Sequence record: MN850616.1 | Reading direction: 5' to 3' (one strand) | Length of the DNA: 40,308 bases | From: Escherichia phage buks | In this document: piece by piece, positions 26,492-34,685 of the stretch | How positions within the stretch are numbered: position 1 is the first letter of the stretch | Layout: each line of letters opens with the position of its first letter | Position numbers and translations under genes: made by a program | Notes under the pieces: model-generated | The model's database searches: none | Seen by the model: the letters and a program-made list of their open reading frames with translations, nothing else | What the model was told of the DNA's origin: nothing

Positions 26492-26926
26492 TTATCCTAG
26501 TCGATGTGTTATCACTCCCCCATCAGTATTAGGGTCGAAGCGCTTCGCGATCTCGACAGCAGCAGTAGCGGTGGCACCCATAAACATCGCCGTAAGTGCA
26601 TACGGAGCACCGGAGCCAACGGCTGCCGCGTTACCCGCAATTGGTATAACTGAGCTTAACGGCGAGTCCCATGACTTGAAGAATTCTACCCTGAAAATAC
26701 GGTTATCCTCTTTAACAAACACCAGCGCTGAAAAGTCGAAGTCGTAGTACTTAGGCGCCAATATCTCGGCATCGACAACCAACAGCCTACCCACCCCGGC
26801 GTCCCCGGATACACCAATAACGAAGTGGTCGTTCTCGTAAATCTTGGTATCCGTATAGTATTTAAAATTCCCCGTGACACATGTATCGCAGGCCATCGTT
26901 TCACCGTCAAAAGCTATAGTAGTCAT
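26492..26926 (-). CDS. HslV-like Ntn-hydrolase (proteasome beta-type peptidase homologue)
   Basis: 144 aa; begins MTTIAFDG (Thr directly after Met, as in HslV MTTIVSV...), Lys ~27 residues in, and C-terminal ...AVGSGAPYALTAMFMGATATAAVEIAKRF... resembling HslV ...GSGGPYA..AARAL...ARDIAEKAL... (recalled, not aligned). Confidence 0.6.
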   Translation of the reverse strand: MTTIAFDGETMACDTCVTGNFKYYTDTKIYENDHFVIGVSGDAGVGRLLVVDAEILAPKYYDFDFSALVFVKEDNRIFRVEFFKSWDSPLSSVIPIAGNAAAVGSGAPYALTAMFMGATATAAVEIAKRFDPNTDGGVITHRLG

Positions 26927-26931
26927 ATAAG

Positions 26932-27303
26932 TTACCTGAACGTATAAAGTCGAATAGATGGCTTGTGCGGGATATCGGAATACCCACGTTTACGCCACAA
27001 CTTATACAGTTTAACAGCCATATGCGCCCGGGCCTGGCTACTGAACTCACCGAGGTTTACCACTTTCTTGCTGTCGTAAGAGTGCGCACGCCACAGACCT
27101 TTGCCTACGCAATACTTAGGCTGATGGACCCCAGGTATACGCGGATACACATCCGGCATCTCATTAGCTGGCTTTACTCGCGGCTTAGGTTTACGTTTAC
27201 GCTTGTCTTCTTCCTTAGGACGAGTAACCTTCTTTGTTACCGCCGATGAAGGCGGTGCAAGGTTAATACCGGCGTGTTTCAGGATATCGGTTGCGAGGCT
27301 CAT
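26932..27303 (-). CDS. Basic protein with AP2-like DNA-binding segment
   Basis: 123 aa; Lys/Arg/Pro-rich N-region then ...IPGVHQPKYCVGKGLWRAHSYDSKKVVNLGEFSSQARAHMAVKLY... resembling AP2-type domains; weak. Confidence 0.35.
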   Translation of the reverse strand: MSLATDILKHAGINLAPPSSAVTKKVTRPKEEDKRKRKPKPRVKPANEMPDVYPRIPGVHQPKYCVGKGLWRAHSYDSKKVVNLGEFSSQARAHMAVKLYKLWRKRGYSDIPHKPSIRLYTFR

Positions 27304-27305
27304 AA

Positions 27306-27509
27306 TTATTTCTCCTGTTTACCAAGTCGCTTAGGCGAGCAGATAGCGCGTACTTCTGAATCATTTGGCTTGTCGCCCTGAAACAGGAAGTGCGCATTCT
27401 CGTTGGCGCGTGCCGCTGACCGGCACGCCTCTAATGTGTAAAACGTTTCCGATGCCGCGAGTTGCATCTGGCCTGCGGACAGTACCCAGATAAATAAGAT
27501 ACTGGTCAT
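27306..27509 (-). CDS. Small secreted/periplasmic protein (67 aa)
   Basis: Start re-set to ATG 27507-27509 (MTSILFIWVLSAGQMQLAAS... signal-peptide-like), which forms an ATGA overlap with the upstream stop. Confidence 0.4.
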   Translation of the reverse strand: MTSILFIWVLSAGQMQLAASETFYTLEACRSAARANENAHFLFQGDKPNDSEVRAICSPKRLGKQEK

Positions 27510-27787
27510 TTCTTTAACCCGCATATTCTGCACATCATCGACGCACTTGTATCGTAAAAGTACCAATCGTGCTCGCACCCCTGAGCATCTTCTTTACGGC
27601 AACCAGATTGCTCCGTAATTGAATCAACAAAGGCCATAAGTTCCTGGTAGGCTAAATCCCGCTCCAGCGACGCCGCTACATACTTAGCATTGCCGCCCCG
27701 CACTACAGCACGGACCATATCTGCCGAAGTATCAGCTACCGCGTCAACAAGTACCATCAGATGGGTTGCCTGTTCTTTAGTAATCAT
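27506..27787 (-). CDS. Cys-rich hypothetical protein
   Basis: 93 aa; C-terminal GCRKEDAQGCEHDW...MMCRICG cysteine cluster; AGGAGA RBS. Confidence 0.45.
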   Translation of the reverse strand: MITKEQATHLMVLVDAVADTSADMVRAVVRGGNAKYVAASLERDLAYQELMAFVDSITEQSGCRKEDAQGCEHDWYFYDTSASMMCRICGLKK

Positions 27788-27846
27788 TGTTGCATCTCCT
27801 GCAATAGTTACGTTGGTTGTTGCATTTAGTGAAATAGAAAAATATT

Positions 27847-27879
27847 AACAAAAATGGTACGCTGCTACTCAGCAGCGTA
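27847..27879 (-). terminator. Rho-independent terminator after gene 27897-28196
   Basis: Perfect 9-bp stem TACGCTGCT / AGCAGCGTA with ACTC loop, followed on the minus strand by CCAUUUUUGUU. Confidence 0.55.
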
Positions 27880-27896
27880 AGTCACTCAGTAAAATC

Positions 27897-28196
27897 CTAA
27901 ACTACTGTTACAAGCTTCCGGCGGCTCCGGCAACAGCGCCCAGGTGCGGACCCGGGGCCACTAAAACCCTGGCCATAAACGGCAACCTCCTTTAAGACCC
28001 CGAGAATCACCGGCGCAGACTCTTTAGAATCTTTTGCCGTGTAGTTGTTTCCGATTGGCTCGAAAGTATCTCGTCTAACCCACCCATGAATCCTGTGTCC
28101 CTCAGGTAATAGGATAATCCTGGTCGGATTTTTGCTATAAACGAAATAGCAATTCCCGCTTATCTTATGCCGTAGCAACTGGCCCCTTTTAAACAT
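27897..28196 (-). CDS. Hypothetical early protein
   Basis: 99 aa; first gene after the minus-strand promoter/operator at 28227-28257; GAGGA RBS; followed by a terminator. Confidence 0.45.
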   Translation of the reverse strand: MFKRGQLLRHKISGNCYFVYSKNPTRIILLPEGHRIHGWVRRDTFEPIGNNYTAKDSKESAPVILGVLKEVAVYGQGFSGPGSAPGRCCRSRRKLVTVV

Positions 28197-28228
28197 GGTT
28201 CATCCTCTTTTCTCGTTAACCTGCAATA

Positions 28229-28257
28229 ATAGTACTCTATTATATTTGGTTACGCAA
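28229..28257 (-). promoter_or_regulatory. Candidate minus-strand promoter TTGCGT-N17-TACTAT with overlapping operator-like site
   Basis: -35 is the reverse complement of 28252-28257, -10 of 28229-28234; palindromic site TAATAGTACTCTATTA at 28227-28242 supplies the -10; ~25-nt leader to gene 27897-28196. Confidence 0.45.
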
Positions 28258-28727
28258 GTGCCTTTTTATTCTTTTCTCTCGTCCCTCGTCAGGTAAGCGC
28301 TTGCCGTGAGGCAAGTGCGTTAATCCCTGAGAAGCAGACTAAGAATCTTTCGGCATACAAGAGAACAGTTACGTTTGCCGTTGTTCAGTGTTGTGCCTTT
28401 ATTCTTATTATCTGGTAACTAAAGGGCAGGCCTTAAGCCTGCCCACTAATCGTTACATTTTACGGTTGCGAATCTACGGCACATCAAGGAAATCAGATAC
28501 TTAAGAGATATGCTGCCGATGAGAATATAGCTCGCCCAAGGCAGTTCAGATACTAAGGAAGGAAGTTACTGAGTTTTAAGTTTGCGGGTTTCAGTAAGCC
28601 TTAACGCGTTTCCGCTTAGGGCGGAACCGCTAAGCTCTCACAAGGTGAAACAGAAACTTAAGTAACTTGAAGTTACAAGAGACAACTTACACGAAAAAAA
28701 CAAGAATGTCAATAGGTGTGTTTATAG

Positions 28728-28756
28728 TTGATTTCCCATTATGCCGTGGGTATACT
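28728..28756 (+). promoter_or_regulatory. Candidate promoter TTGATT-N17-TATACT for the plus-strand replication operon
   Basis: -35 at 28728-28733, -10 at 28751-28756, followed by GGAGG RBS and ATG 28788. Confidence 0.5.
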
Positions 28757-28787
28757 TGCTTTACTAACTGAGATGGAGGGTTTGATA

Positions 28788-28958
28788 ATGACACAGAATG
28801 AAGTAGCTAAGCTTATTGGGGTGACCCGCCGTACGCTGAATAACTGGCTAAGAGACGGCAAGTTCCCGGATTGTTGTGTCCGGATTATGGGCCGCCGGAT
28901 GCCAGGTACGTTTGACCGGGAGAAAGTGGAAGCGTGGATTAGGGAGAATGTAAAGTGA
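28788..28958 (+). CDS. Small helix-turn-helix DNA-binding protein
   Basis: Start set to ATG 28788-28790 with GGAGG RBS 8 nt upstream (MTQNEVAKLIGVTRRTLNNWLRDGKFP...), not the TTG at 28728; classic HTH segment. Confidence 0.55.
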   Translation: MTQNEVAKLIGVTRRTLNNWLRDGKFPDCCVRIMGRRMPGTFDREKVEAWIRENVK

Positions 28959-29188
28959 CCGATTTCCAGAAAAGAGTATTCAGGGCTGTAGCCGCTCTTA
29001 CATTTAAAAAGGGGTCTTGTAGTGTCCTTGACTTGCGCCGCACTTATTTTCAGTACTATAGTTCCTCTCTCATCGAGAACACGTTGAAGGTTCTGGTTAG
29101 AGACGGAGCAGTTAAAAGTAAGGCCGGAAAATATTCGGCAGTAGCTGAAGTTAAATGCTCTCAGGCGACGCCCGAAGACCTTGAATAA
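28955..29188 (+). CDS. Hypothetical protein
   Basis: 77 aa; GTG start overlapping upstream stop (GTGA) with AGGGAG RBS. Confidence 0.45.
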   Translation: MTDFQKRVFRAVAALTFKKGSCSVLDLRRTYFQYYSSSLIENTLKVLVRDGAVKSKAGKYSAVAEVKCSQATPEDLE

Positions 29189-29244
29189 AAGAAAAGCCCC
29201 AACGCGCGAACGTCAGGGCTTTAAACACTACAAAGGAAAAGCAC

Positions 29245-31431
29245 ATGTCAACAGGTAATCTAGCATACTCATGGTCGCGTAGCAATCGCCGTGAGGAACG
29301 CGCTGACATTAACGTTTACACCACGACTTCCGGCACCTGGGATGAGTTCGTTGAACTTATGCAGCCGCTTAAACGTTCGCGCCGGAACCCCAAGACAGAC
29401 CCCGGATATATCACCGCCGCGTGTACCGCCACGGTAAGCTCTACAGGTAAAGAAGCCGCCGAAGGTATGTTTTATCGCTGCAATGCGTCCGTAACGTCTT
29501 CGTCCCTGGCTTACGCCGACGTGGATAGTGCGACTCCGGAAGAGTTCGCCACTGATTGCGAGATGGTGCGTGAGTCGCGTTTCGCAATGATGCTCTACAC
29601 CACGGCATCCCACACCGAAGAAGCGCCACGCTATCGCATCGTTATGCCGGTGCGCACTCCGGTAACCGGCGGCGACATCATCCGCATCCGGTACGGTCTG
29701 CTGACGCATTTCCTTAAAGGCCGTGACGTAGATAGCGCGGGCTTCACCCTGTCGCAACCGATGTACCGCCCGCCAGTGGGAAGCCAGGTCATCGTGTCTG
29801 AAAGTAGCCGCATGATTACGGCAAGCAAGCTTATGGAGGGGGTGCCTGAAATTAACGTTACGGGTGCTTCCGATTATAAGGTGCCAGAGGGTGAGCAATC
29901 TGAGTTAACCGACCTGTTCGAAGAGTTCGCTTTCGAGTTCGGCGGCCGTATGACTGACCGTGGCCTGCAAATGCCGGCGACGCCAGAACATGCCGCCCAA
30001 TACTCGACGGGGGAACCGAAACAGGACGACTTCCTTTTCTGTTGGCCCCGCGATGGCTTCGAGCGCCCCAACGTAACCATGTACCATGACACCGACCTGG
30101 TGGCCACGGGTGGGATGACACCCGGCGGACGGGATATGTGGGTCTACGCTTGCACCGCTACCGGTTTGCCGTTTGACCGTGTAGAGGTAGCGCTTGGCTG
30201 GGCGCCCGGCGTTACTTGCGACGAAGAAGACCTGGCCGACGAAGAACCCCCGGCGCCGCAAGCGGATTTCATCGTCGAAGGATATATGCCGTCTAACTGC
30301 ATATGGGATATCGTCGGGGAATCCGGGACGTATAAATCGTTCTACACACTCGGCATGATGTATATCAGTGCTGCCGGGTACCGGTTCGCGGGGGCGGACA
30401 CCCGTAAAGCCCATCATTTCTATATTGATGGTGAGGGTGGGGAGTTCACGCACACCCGTATCGCTGCGTTGGCCGCTAAATACGGCGATGAAGGTATGCG
30501 GTATATGCATGTGCTTGACGCTGGTGAGTTTGCGGATACGAAGAAACTGGTTCGTAAAATGCGCCAGCTAGCGGGCAGTGAACCTGTCGGGATGGTTGCT
30601 TTCGATACGCTTAACCAGACCTTCGGAAACTGGATAGACAAGTTCAATGAGAACTCCGCGGGCCAGGACGGGATGGGGCGGGTAGTGGCGATGCTCAAAG
30701 AAGTACGCGACGGTACTAAAGGTGCTGTAGGTGTTGTCCACCACACCCCGAAAGGTGGGAGTAAGGCGCGCGGAAGTGGGGCGCTGTACGCCGGTGTCGA
30801 CGTCGAGCTTACGCTTGTCCGGGCGACCGAGAAACAAATAAACGTTGCACATACCAAGAACAAAAACGGTATGCAGCAGAAAACAATAGGCATGGTGCTT
30901 GAACCAGTACAGTTTCGCGAGGCCCCGCCGCCGAAAGAGTTCCAGGCTGTAGAATTCGTTGGGGGTGAGGGATACGGGGAAATCGTTAACCTAGACCTGC
31001 CGGAACCGCATAAAGCTCTTGTACTCATGCCGTGGGGCTTCCAACCGTTCGAAACGGACGAGGAAAAAGAGCGCAACGAAGGACTGGACGGTAAAGGTAA
31101 AGATTCCGTAAAGGATACAGTTAAACGGTCTAAAGATGCTTCCGCACGAGAATCGGTTATGTCTGCTCTCGAGGATTTACAGCAAGCCGATGATACCGGA
31201 CGAGGTTTCACACAACGGCAAATAGTCGCCAGGGCTGGGGACCACAGCATAACAAACTTGGTGCTCGAGAAGATGCTACGAGAGGGTGAATTGATGCTTG
31301 GTTGCGATGAGAATGGTGAAGTTGTAACGAATACTTACAGGTTGCCGACGGGTATAGATGACCGTAAGCGGCCAAAGAACAGGTATGAACCTAACGACAA
31401 CATAAAGACAACAGAAGGGGATTTAGAGTAA
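29245..31431 (+). CDS. Replication protein: primase-polymerase-like N-domain fused to RecA-like P-loop ATPase
   Basis: 728 aa; N-region with acidic motif AYADVDSATPEE; central Walker A-like GESGTYKSF and downstream ...VGVVHHTPKGG...; C-terminal winged-helix-like tail. Domain names are from recollection. Confidence 0.6.
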   Translation: MSTGNLAYSWSRSNRREERADINVYTTTSGTWDEFVELMQPLKRSRRNPKTDPGYITAACTATVSSTGKEAAEGMFYRCNASVTSSSLAYADVDSATPEEFATDCEMVRESRFAMMLYTTASHTEEAPRYRIVMPVRTPVTGGDIIRIRYGLLTHFLKGRDVDSAGFTLSQPMYRPPVGSQVIVSESSRMITASKLMEGVPEINVTGASDYKVPEGEQSELTDLFEEFAFEFGGRMTDRGLQMPATPEHAAQYSTGEPKQDDFLFCWPRDGFERPNVTMYHDTDLVATGGMTPGGRDMWVYACTATGLPFDRVEVALGWAPGVTCDEEDLADEEPPAPQADFIVEGYMPSNCIWDIVGESGTYKSFYTLGMMYISAAGYRFAGADTRKAHHFYIDGEGGEFTHTRIAALAAKYGDEGMRYMHVLDAGEFADTKKLVRKMRQLAGSEPVGMVAFDTLNQTFGNWIDKFNENSAGQDGMGRVVAMLKEVRDGTKGAVGVVHHTPKGGSKARGSGALYAGVDVELTLVRATEKQINVAHTKNKNGMQQKTIGMVLEPVQFREAPPPKEFQAVEFVGGEGYGEIVNLDLPEPHKALVLMPWGFQPFETDEEKERNEGLDGKGKDSVKDTVKRSKDASARESVMSALEDLQQADDTGRGFTQRQIVARAGDHSITNLVLEKMLREGELMLGCDENGEVVTNTYRLPTGIDDRKRPKNRYEPNDNIKTTEGDLE

Positions 31432-31454
31432 AAAGAAAGGGGCCATCAGGCCCC
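31431..31454 (-). terminator. Terminator hairpin between convergent primase-like and XRE genes
   Basis: Stem GGGGCC / GGCCCC (31439-31454) with ATCA loop; on the minus strand followed by UUUCUUUU; the XRE stop codon lies in the loop. Confidence 0.5.
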
Positions 31455-31664
31455 TGTATCACCAAAGCTTAACCATCGAGGGTCAACACCGAGAGCATCG
31501 GCAATGTGGAAGATTTTAAAACAGTCTACCTTACACACCCGACCGGTTGCCAGATGGGTAATAAGGCTTTGGGATACGCCAGCTTTGAAAGCAAGCTCAG
31601 TTTGACCCATGCCGATTTCTTTGCGGCGGCGCTCTATGCGGGCGCCTAATTCGGATTGCTGCAT
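31446..31664 (-). CDS. XRE-family (Cro-like) helix-turn-helix transcriptional regulator
   Basis: 72 aa; ...RRRKEIGMGQTELAFKAGVSQSLITHLATGR...IADALGVDPRWL... is a textbook Cro/CI-type HTH; AAGGAG RBS; transcribed divergently from the replication operon. Confidence 0.75.
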   Translation of the reverse strand: MQQSELGARIERRRKEIGMGQTELAFKAGVSQSLITHLATGRVCKVDCFKIFHIADALGVDPRWLSFGDTGA

Positions 31665-31693
31665 ATGTTTACTCCTTAGTTAGATATGTAGTA

Positions 31694-31722
31694 ATAGTAC
31701 AGTAATAAAATACACGGTGCAA
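31694..31722 (-). promoter_or_regulatory. Candidate promoter of the XRE/Cro-like gene, TTGCAC-N17-TACTAT, with overlapping degenerate operator
   Basis: -35 is the reverse complement of 31717-31722, -10 of 31694-31699; site TAATAGTACAGTAATA at 31692-31707 overlaps the -10. Confidence 0.5.
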
Positions 31723-31737
31723 TTTACGAAAAAGTGC

Positions 31738-31766
31738 TTGCATAAATAATAGAGTACGATTATAGT
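31738..31766 (+). promoter_or_regulatory. Sigma70-like promoter TTGCAT-N17-TATAGT with overlapping operator-like site
   Basis: -35 at 31738-31743, -10 at 31761-31766; site TAATAGAGTACGATTA at 31747-31762; CAACTAAACA 10 nt downstream of the -10, as at promoter 7739-7767. Confidence 0.55.
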
Positions 31767-31797
31767 TCTTATCACCAACTAAACAGGAGAATGCACA

Positions 31798-32334
31798 ATG
31801 TTAGAACAATTTATTAAATTATTTGAACGTTTCGTAGTTGCTCACGAACTGATTGCTGCGAACAGCGCGAAACAGACTGTGTACCAACTTAAAAGTGATA
31901 TCACCGCAGTAAACAAAGAGTTGATAGAAAAAGCGGTAGAAATGGCAGCACCGGATGAGCGCCGGGCTAGTTCTGCGGTGTGCAAAGCGTTAGAAAAAGA
32001 ACTGCCGGTAGAAGGTGAAAGCATTGTTGACACTAAACCGGCGGAAGAAGAGAAACCAAAACGCAAGACTCGTAAAGCTAAAGTAGAGGAACCCGCACCG
32101 GAACCGGAAGAAGAGAAAGAAGAAATTGATTATAAGTCTCTTCGCGACCAGATTCAGGCTATTGATGATGCGATTAACGAAGGCCCCAGCGATGCCGCGT
32201 GCGATGATTCTGATGAACTGCTGGAAGAGTTTACCGGTAAGAAAATGAAGATTGCCGCGATTAAAGACGAAGACCTGGCCGAGTACCTGGAACGCCTCAC
32301 GGCAATCAAGAACAAGTATTTCGAAGAAGAATAA
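31798..32334 (+). CDS. Acidic hypothetical protein
   Basis: 178 aa, Glu/Lys-rich central region; first gene after promoter 31738-31766. Confidence 0.5.
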   Translation: MLEQFIKLFERFVVAHELIAANSAKQTVYQLKSDITAVNKELIEKAVEMAAPDERRASSAVCKALEKELPVEGESIVDTKPAEEEKPKRKTRKAKVEEPAPEPEEEKEEIDYKSLRDQIQAIDDAINEGPSDAACDDSDELLEEFTGKKMKIAAIKDEDLAEYLERLTAIKNKYFEEE

Positions 32335-32376
32335 TCACCCGGCGGCCCTTCGGGCCACTTTTCAGGAGGATGAATA

Positions 32377-33804
32377 ATGATTCTAAAAGAACGTGGCGGA
32401 AATAACGATGTGCACGCCCTACTGTCACCGTCAGGAGCTAAAAAGTGGCTGGCGTGCAGTGCATCACTGGCCTGTGAGAAAGATATCCCCAACACGTCCT
32501 GTAAAGCTGCGGTGTTAGGAACGGCGATGCACACACTTGCCGAGATTAATCTTAACCAGTACATCAAAGGCACTGCGTTGCCGTTAGAGCGAGATGTAGG
32601 GGCTTATGTGTTGGAAGAAGGTAAAGGCGCGGTTAAAGCGCTAATTAAGCCGATGAAAGGTGCGGTGCTGGTTACAGATGACATGGTAGAGCAGGTGCGA
32701 AAGTACACTGACTACTGCAAAGCGATTATAGACGTATCTACTTACGCCAAACTGGAAATGCGCGTAAATCTTACTGAGGTGTTGCACCCGGGTTATGAAG
32801 GCGTGGAGACGTTCGGAACCGCCGACTTTGTGGCCGTTCAGGAACTGGTGAACACCGAAGAGCATATGCTTATTATTGGTGACCTTAAAACAGGACGGCA
32901 TCGTGTCGAAGCGAAAGAAAACAAACAGCTTATGCTTTACGCTCTCGGTGTTTATCGCAGACTCAAGAGACGTTATAACATAACCGTTGTTCGTCTGGTC
33001 ATCTTCCAGCCATACGCTGGCGGTGCGTCGGAGTGGGACATCTCAGTCGAAGGCCTTGAACTGTTCGCTAAGTTTGCGCAGAAACGCGCGGTAGCTGCGC
33101 TTGACGCGTATCGACGTGGTAAGAAGAACCTGAAAGCGTCGGACTTTAAGCCGTCGGTTGATGGGTGCCAGTGGTGCCGGTTCTCAGAACAGTGCCAGGC
33201 AAGGACTAGAGCATCCAATGCCGTTCTGGTCAAAGAACTGGAGAACGATGCAGATGTATATCGGCGTGCCGTAGAACGGGTGGCTAAGTTCTGCAACGAG
33301 GCGGACTATATGAGCGTTTGGGAGGATGTTCAACCTAGCGATATCCTTAAGTTGCTGCCCGACGAGACAGATTTACCTAAGAAGCCAGTTAGAGAGGATG
33401 ACTTTGCGTTAGAACTTACCACTAAACAACTAGTGGCTGAGTATGAGAAGTTGCCGTTTTTGCGTCAGCACATCGACAAAGTAGAAAAAGCGATGGCGGC
33501 CGCGCTTCATTCCGGTAAAAAAGTTCCCGGTTACAAACTGGTTGAGGGCCGTCCTGGTAATCGCACGTGGAAAGATGAAGACGCTGTAAATAAATTCAGG
33601 GAAAACCATGTAAACGGCTATCTGCTGGATAAGACTGTTCCGGTATCACCGACCGAAGCGGAAAAGATCATCGGCAAGGAAGACCCCGAACTTTGGGCTG
33701 AGCTATCTAAACTCGTAACTCGTAAGCCGGGTGTGCCATGTGTTGCATCGGCGGATGACAGGCGACCTGATTGGAAAAATATTACGGAGGAGGATTTGGA
33801 ATGA
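32377..33804 (+). CDS. PD-(D/E)XK-type nuclease (DUF2800-like, Cas4/RecB-like exonuclease)
   Basis: 475 aa; N-terminus ...HALLSPSGAKKWLACSASLACE... as I recall for DUF2800-family phage nucleases; AGGAGG RBS. Confidence 0.65.
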   Translation: MILKERGGNNDVHALLSPSGAKKWLACSASLACEKDIPNTSCKAAVLGTAMHTLAEINLNQYIKGTALPLERDVGAYVLEEGKGAVKALIKPMKGAVLVTDDMVEQVRKYTDYCKAIIDVSTYAKLEMRVNLTEVLHPGYEGVETFGTADFVAVQELVNTEEHMLIIGDLKTGRHRVEAKENKQLMLYALGVYRRLKRRYNITVVRLVIFQPYAGGASEWDISVEGLELFAKFAQKRAVAALDAYRRGKKNLKASDFKPSVDGCQWCRFSEQCQARTRASNAVLVKELENDADVYRRAVERVAKFCNEADYMSVWEDVQPSDILKLLPDETDLPKKPVREDDFALELTTKQLVAEYEKLPFLRQHIDKVEKAMAAALHSGKKVPGYKLVEGRPGNRTWKDEDAVNKFRENHVNGYLLDKTVPVSPTEAEKIIGKEDPELWAELSKLVTRKPGVPCVASADDRRPDWKNITEEDLE

Positions 33805-33977
33805 AGAAATTGACGTGGTGGCTGCTTGCCACCCCGTTAATACCGGTGGCTTTTATATACTATTTAATGAGGGCGTTAGAGAAAGTCGGTGAGACGTCGG
33901 GAATTTTAGCGGACAGGATGCTTGACTCAAAAATGAGGATGAAATATTTAGCATGGCGTAATCGAAAATTTGGTTGA
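33801..33977 (+). CDS. Small membrane protein (58 aa)
   Basis: Start set to ATG 33801-33803 (MKKLTWWLLATPLIPVAFIYYLMRAL...) with GGAGGAGG RBS and ATGA overlap with the nuclease stop; the track start is TTG at 33771. Confidence 0.45.
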   Translation: MKKLTWWLLATPLIPVAFIYYLMRALEKVGETSGILADRMLDSKMRMKYLAWRNRKFG

Positions 33978-34002
33978 CAAGTTAATAGTACTCTATTATA
34001 GT
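33974..34002 (+). promoter_or_regulatory. Sigma70-like promoter TTGACA-N17-TATAGT with overlapping operator-like site
   Basis: Consensus -35 at 33974-33979, -10 at 33997-34002; site TAATAGTACTCTATTA at 33983-33998; followed by hairpin CCGGGCAGCTTCCCGG and the SSB-like gene. Confidence 0.6.
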
Positions 34003-34058
34003 ATTAATCACTGACCGGGCAGCTTCCCGGATAAACTCTAAAATGCGAGAAAACTAAA

Positions 34059-34685
34059 ATGGGAATCAAGCTTAATCTTCGTAAAGTACAAACTGCATGG
34101 CTGAACGTATTCGAACGCGCTAAAGACCGTGAAAATAATGACGGTTCCGTTACTAAAGGTACGTATAACGGTACTTTTATCCTGACTCCGGAACACCCAC
34201 AAATTGAAGAGCTTCGCGATACGGTATTCGCAGTAGTGTCGGAAGCATTGGGAGAGGCCGCCGCCGAGAAATGGATGAAGCAGAACTACGGCGAAGGTAA
34301 GCACATGGACAAGTGCGCCGTGCGCGACATCGCCGAACGTGATAACCCGTTCGAAGACTTTCCGGAAGGTTTTTACTTCCAGGCAAAGAACAAGCAACAG
34401 CCATTAATCCTGACTTCGGTTAAGGGCGAAAAGCAGGTAGAACCAGACTTCAACATCGACGGTGAACAGATTGAAGGCAAGCAGGTATATAGCGGTTGTG
34501 TGGCTAATATCTCAATCGAAATCTGGTTCTCCGAGCAATATAAAGTTTTAGGCGCAAAACTAAACGGCATTAAATTTGCTGGCGAAGGAAAGGCATTCGG
34601 TGGTTCTGCGGTTTCTGCCAGCGTCGACGACCTGGAAGATGATGAAGACGAAACACCGCGTCGCGAACGCCGCCGTAACCGTTAA
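34059..34685 (+). CDS. ssDNA-binding-like protein (DUF2815-like)
   Basis: 208 aa; acidic C-terminal tail (DDLEDDEDETP) typical of SSB-type proteins; position between nuclease and polymerase; family name from recollection. Confidence 0.6.
   Translation: MGIKLNLRKVQTAWLNVFERAKDRENNDGSVTKGTYNGTFILTPEHPQIEELRDTVFAVVSEALGEAAAEKWMKQNYGEGKHMDKCAVRDIAERDNPFEDFPEGFYFQAKNKQQPLILTSVKGEKQVEPDFNIDGEQIEGKQVYSGCVANISIEIWFSEQYKVLGAKLNGIKFAGEGKAFGGSAVSASVDDLEDDEDETPRRERRRNR

Noticed and set aside
28455-28475. tRNA-like T-arm resemblance (GGTTGCGAATC) in the long non-coding region
   Set aside because: No acceptor stem, D-arm or anticodon arm can be drawn around it; I could not find any tRNA cloverleaf in the window.
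29269-31250. Minus-strand ORFs of up to 276 aa antisense to the PrimPol-like gene (29269-29898, 29905-30510, 30420-31250)
   Set aside because: Lie entirely within a well-supported plus-strand gene, have Arg/Pro/Ser-rich low-complexity translations and no promoter or RBS context.
31446-31664. Interpreting the XRE gene as evidence of a temperate lifestyle or lysogeny module
   Set aside because: No integrase, excisionase-attachment pair, CI-type repressor with peptidase domain or partition genes are present; the regulator is better treated as a Cro-like transcriptional switch of a lytic phage until tested.
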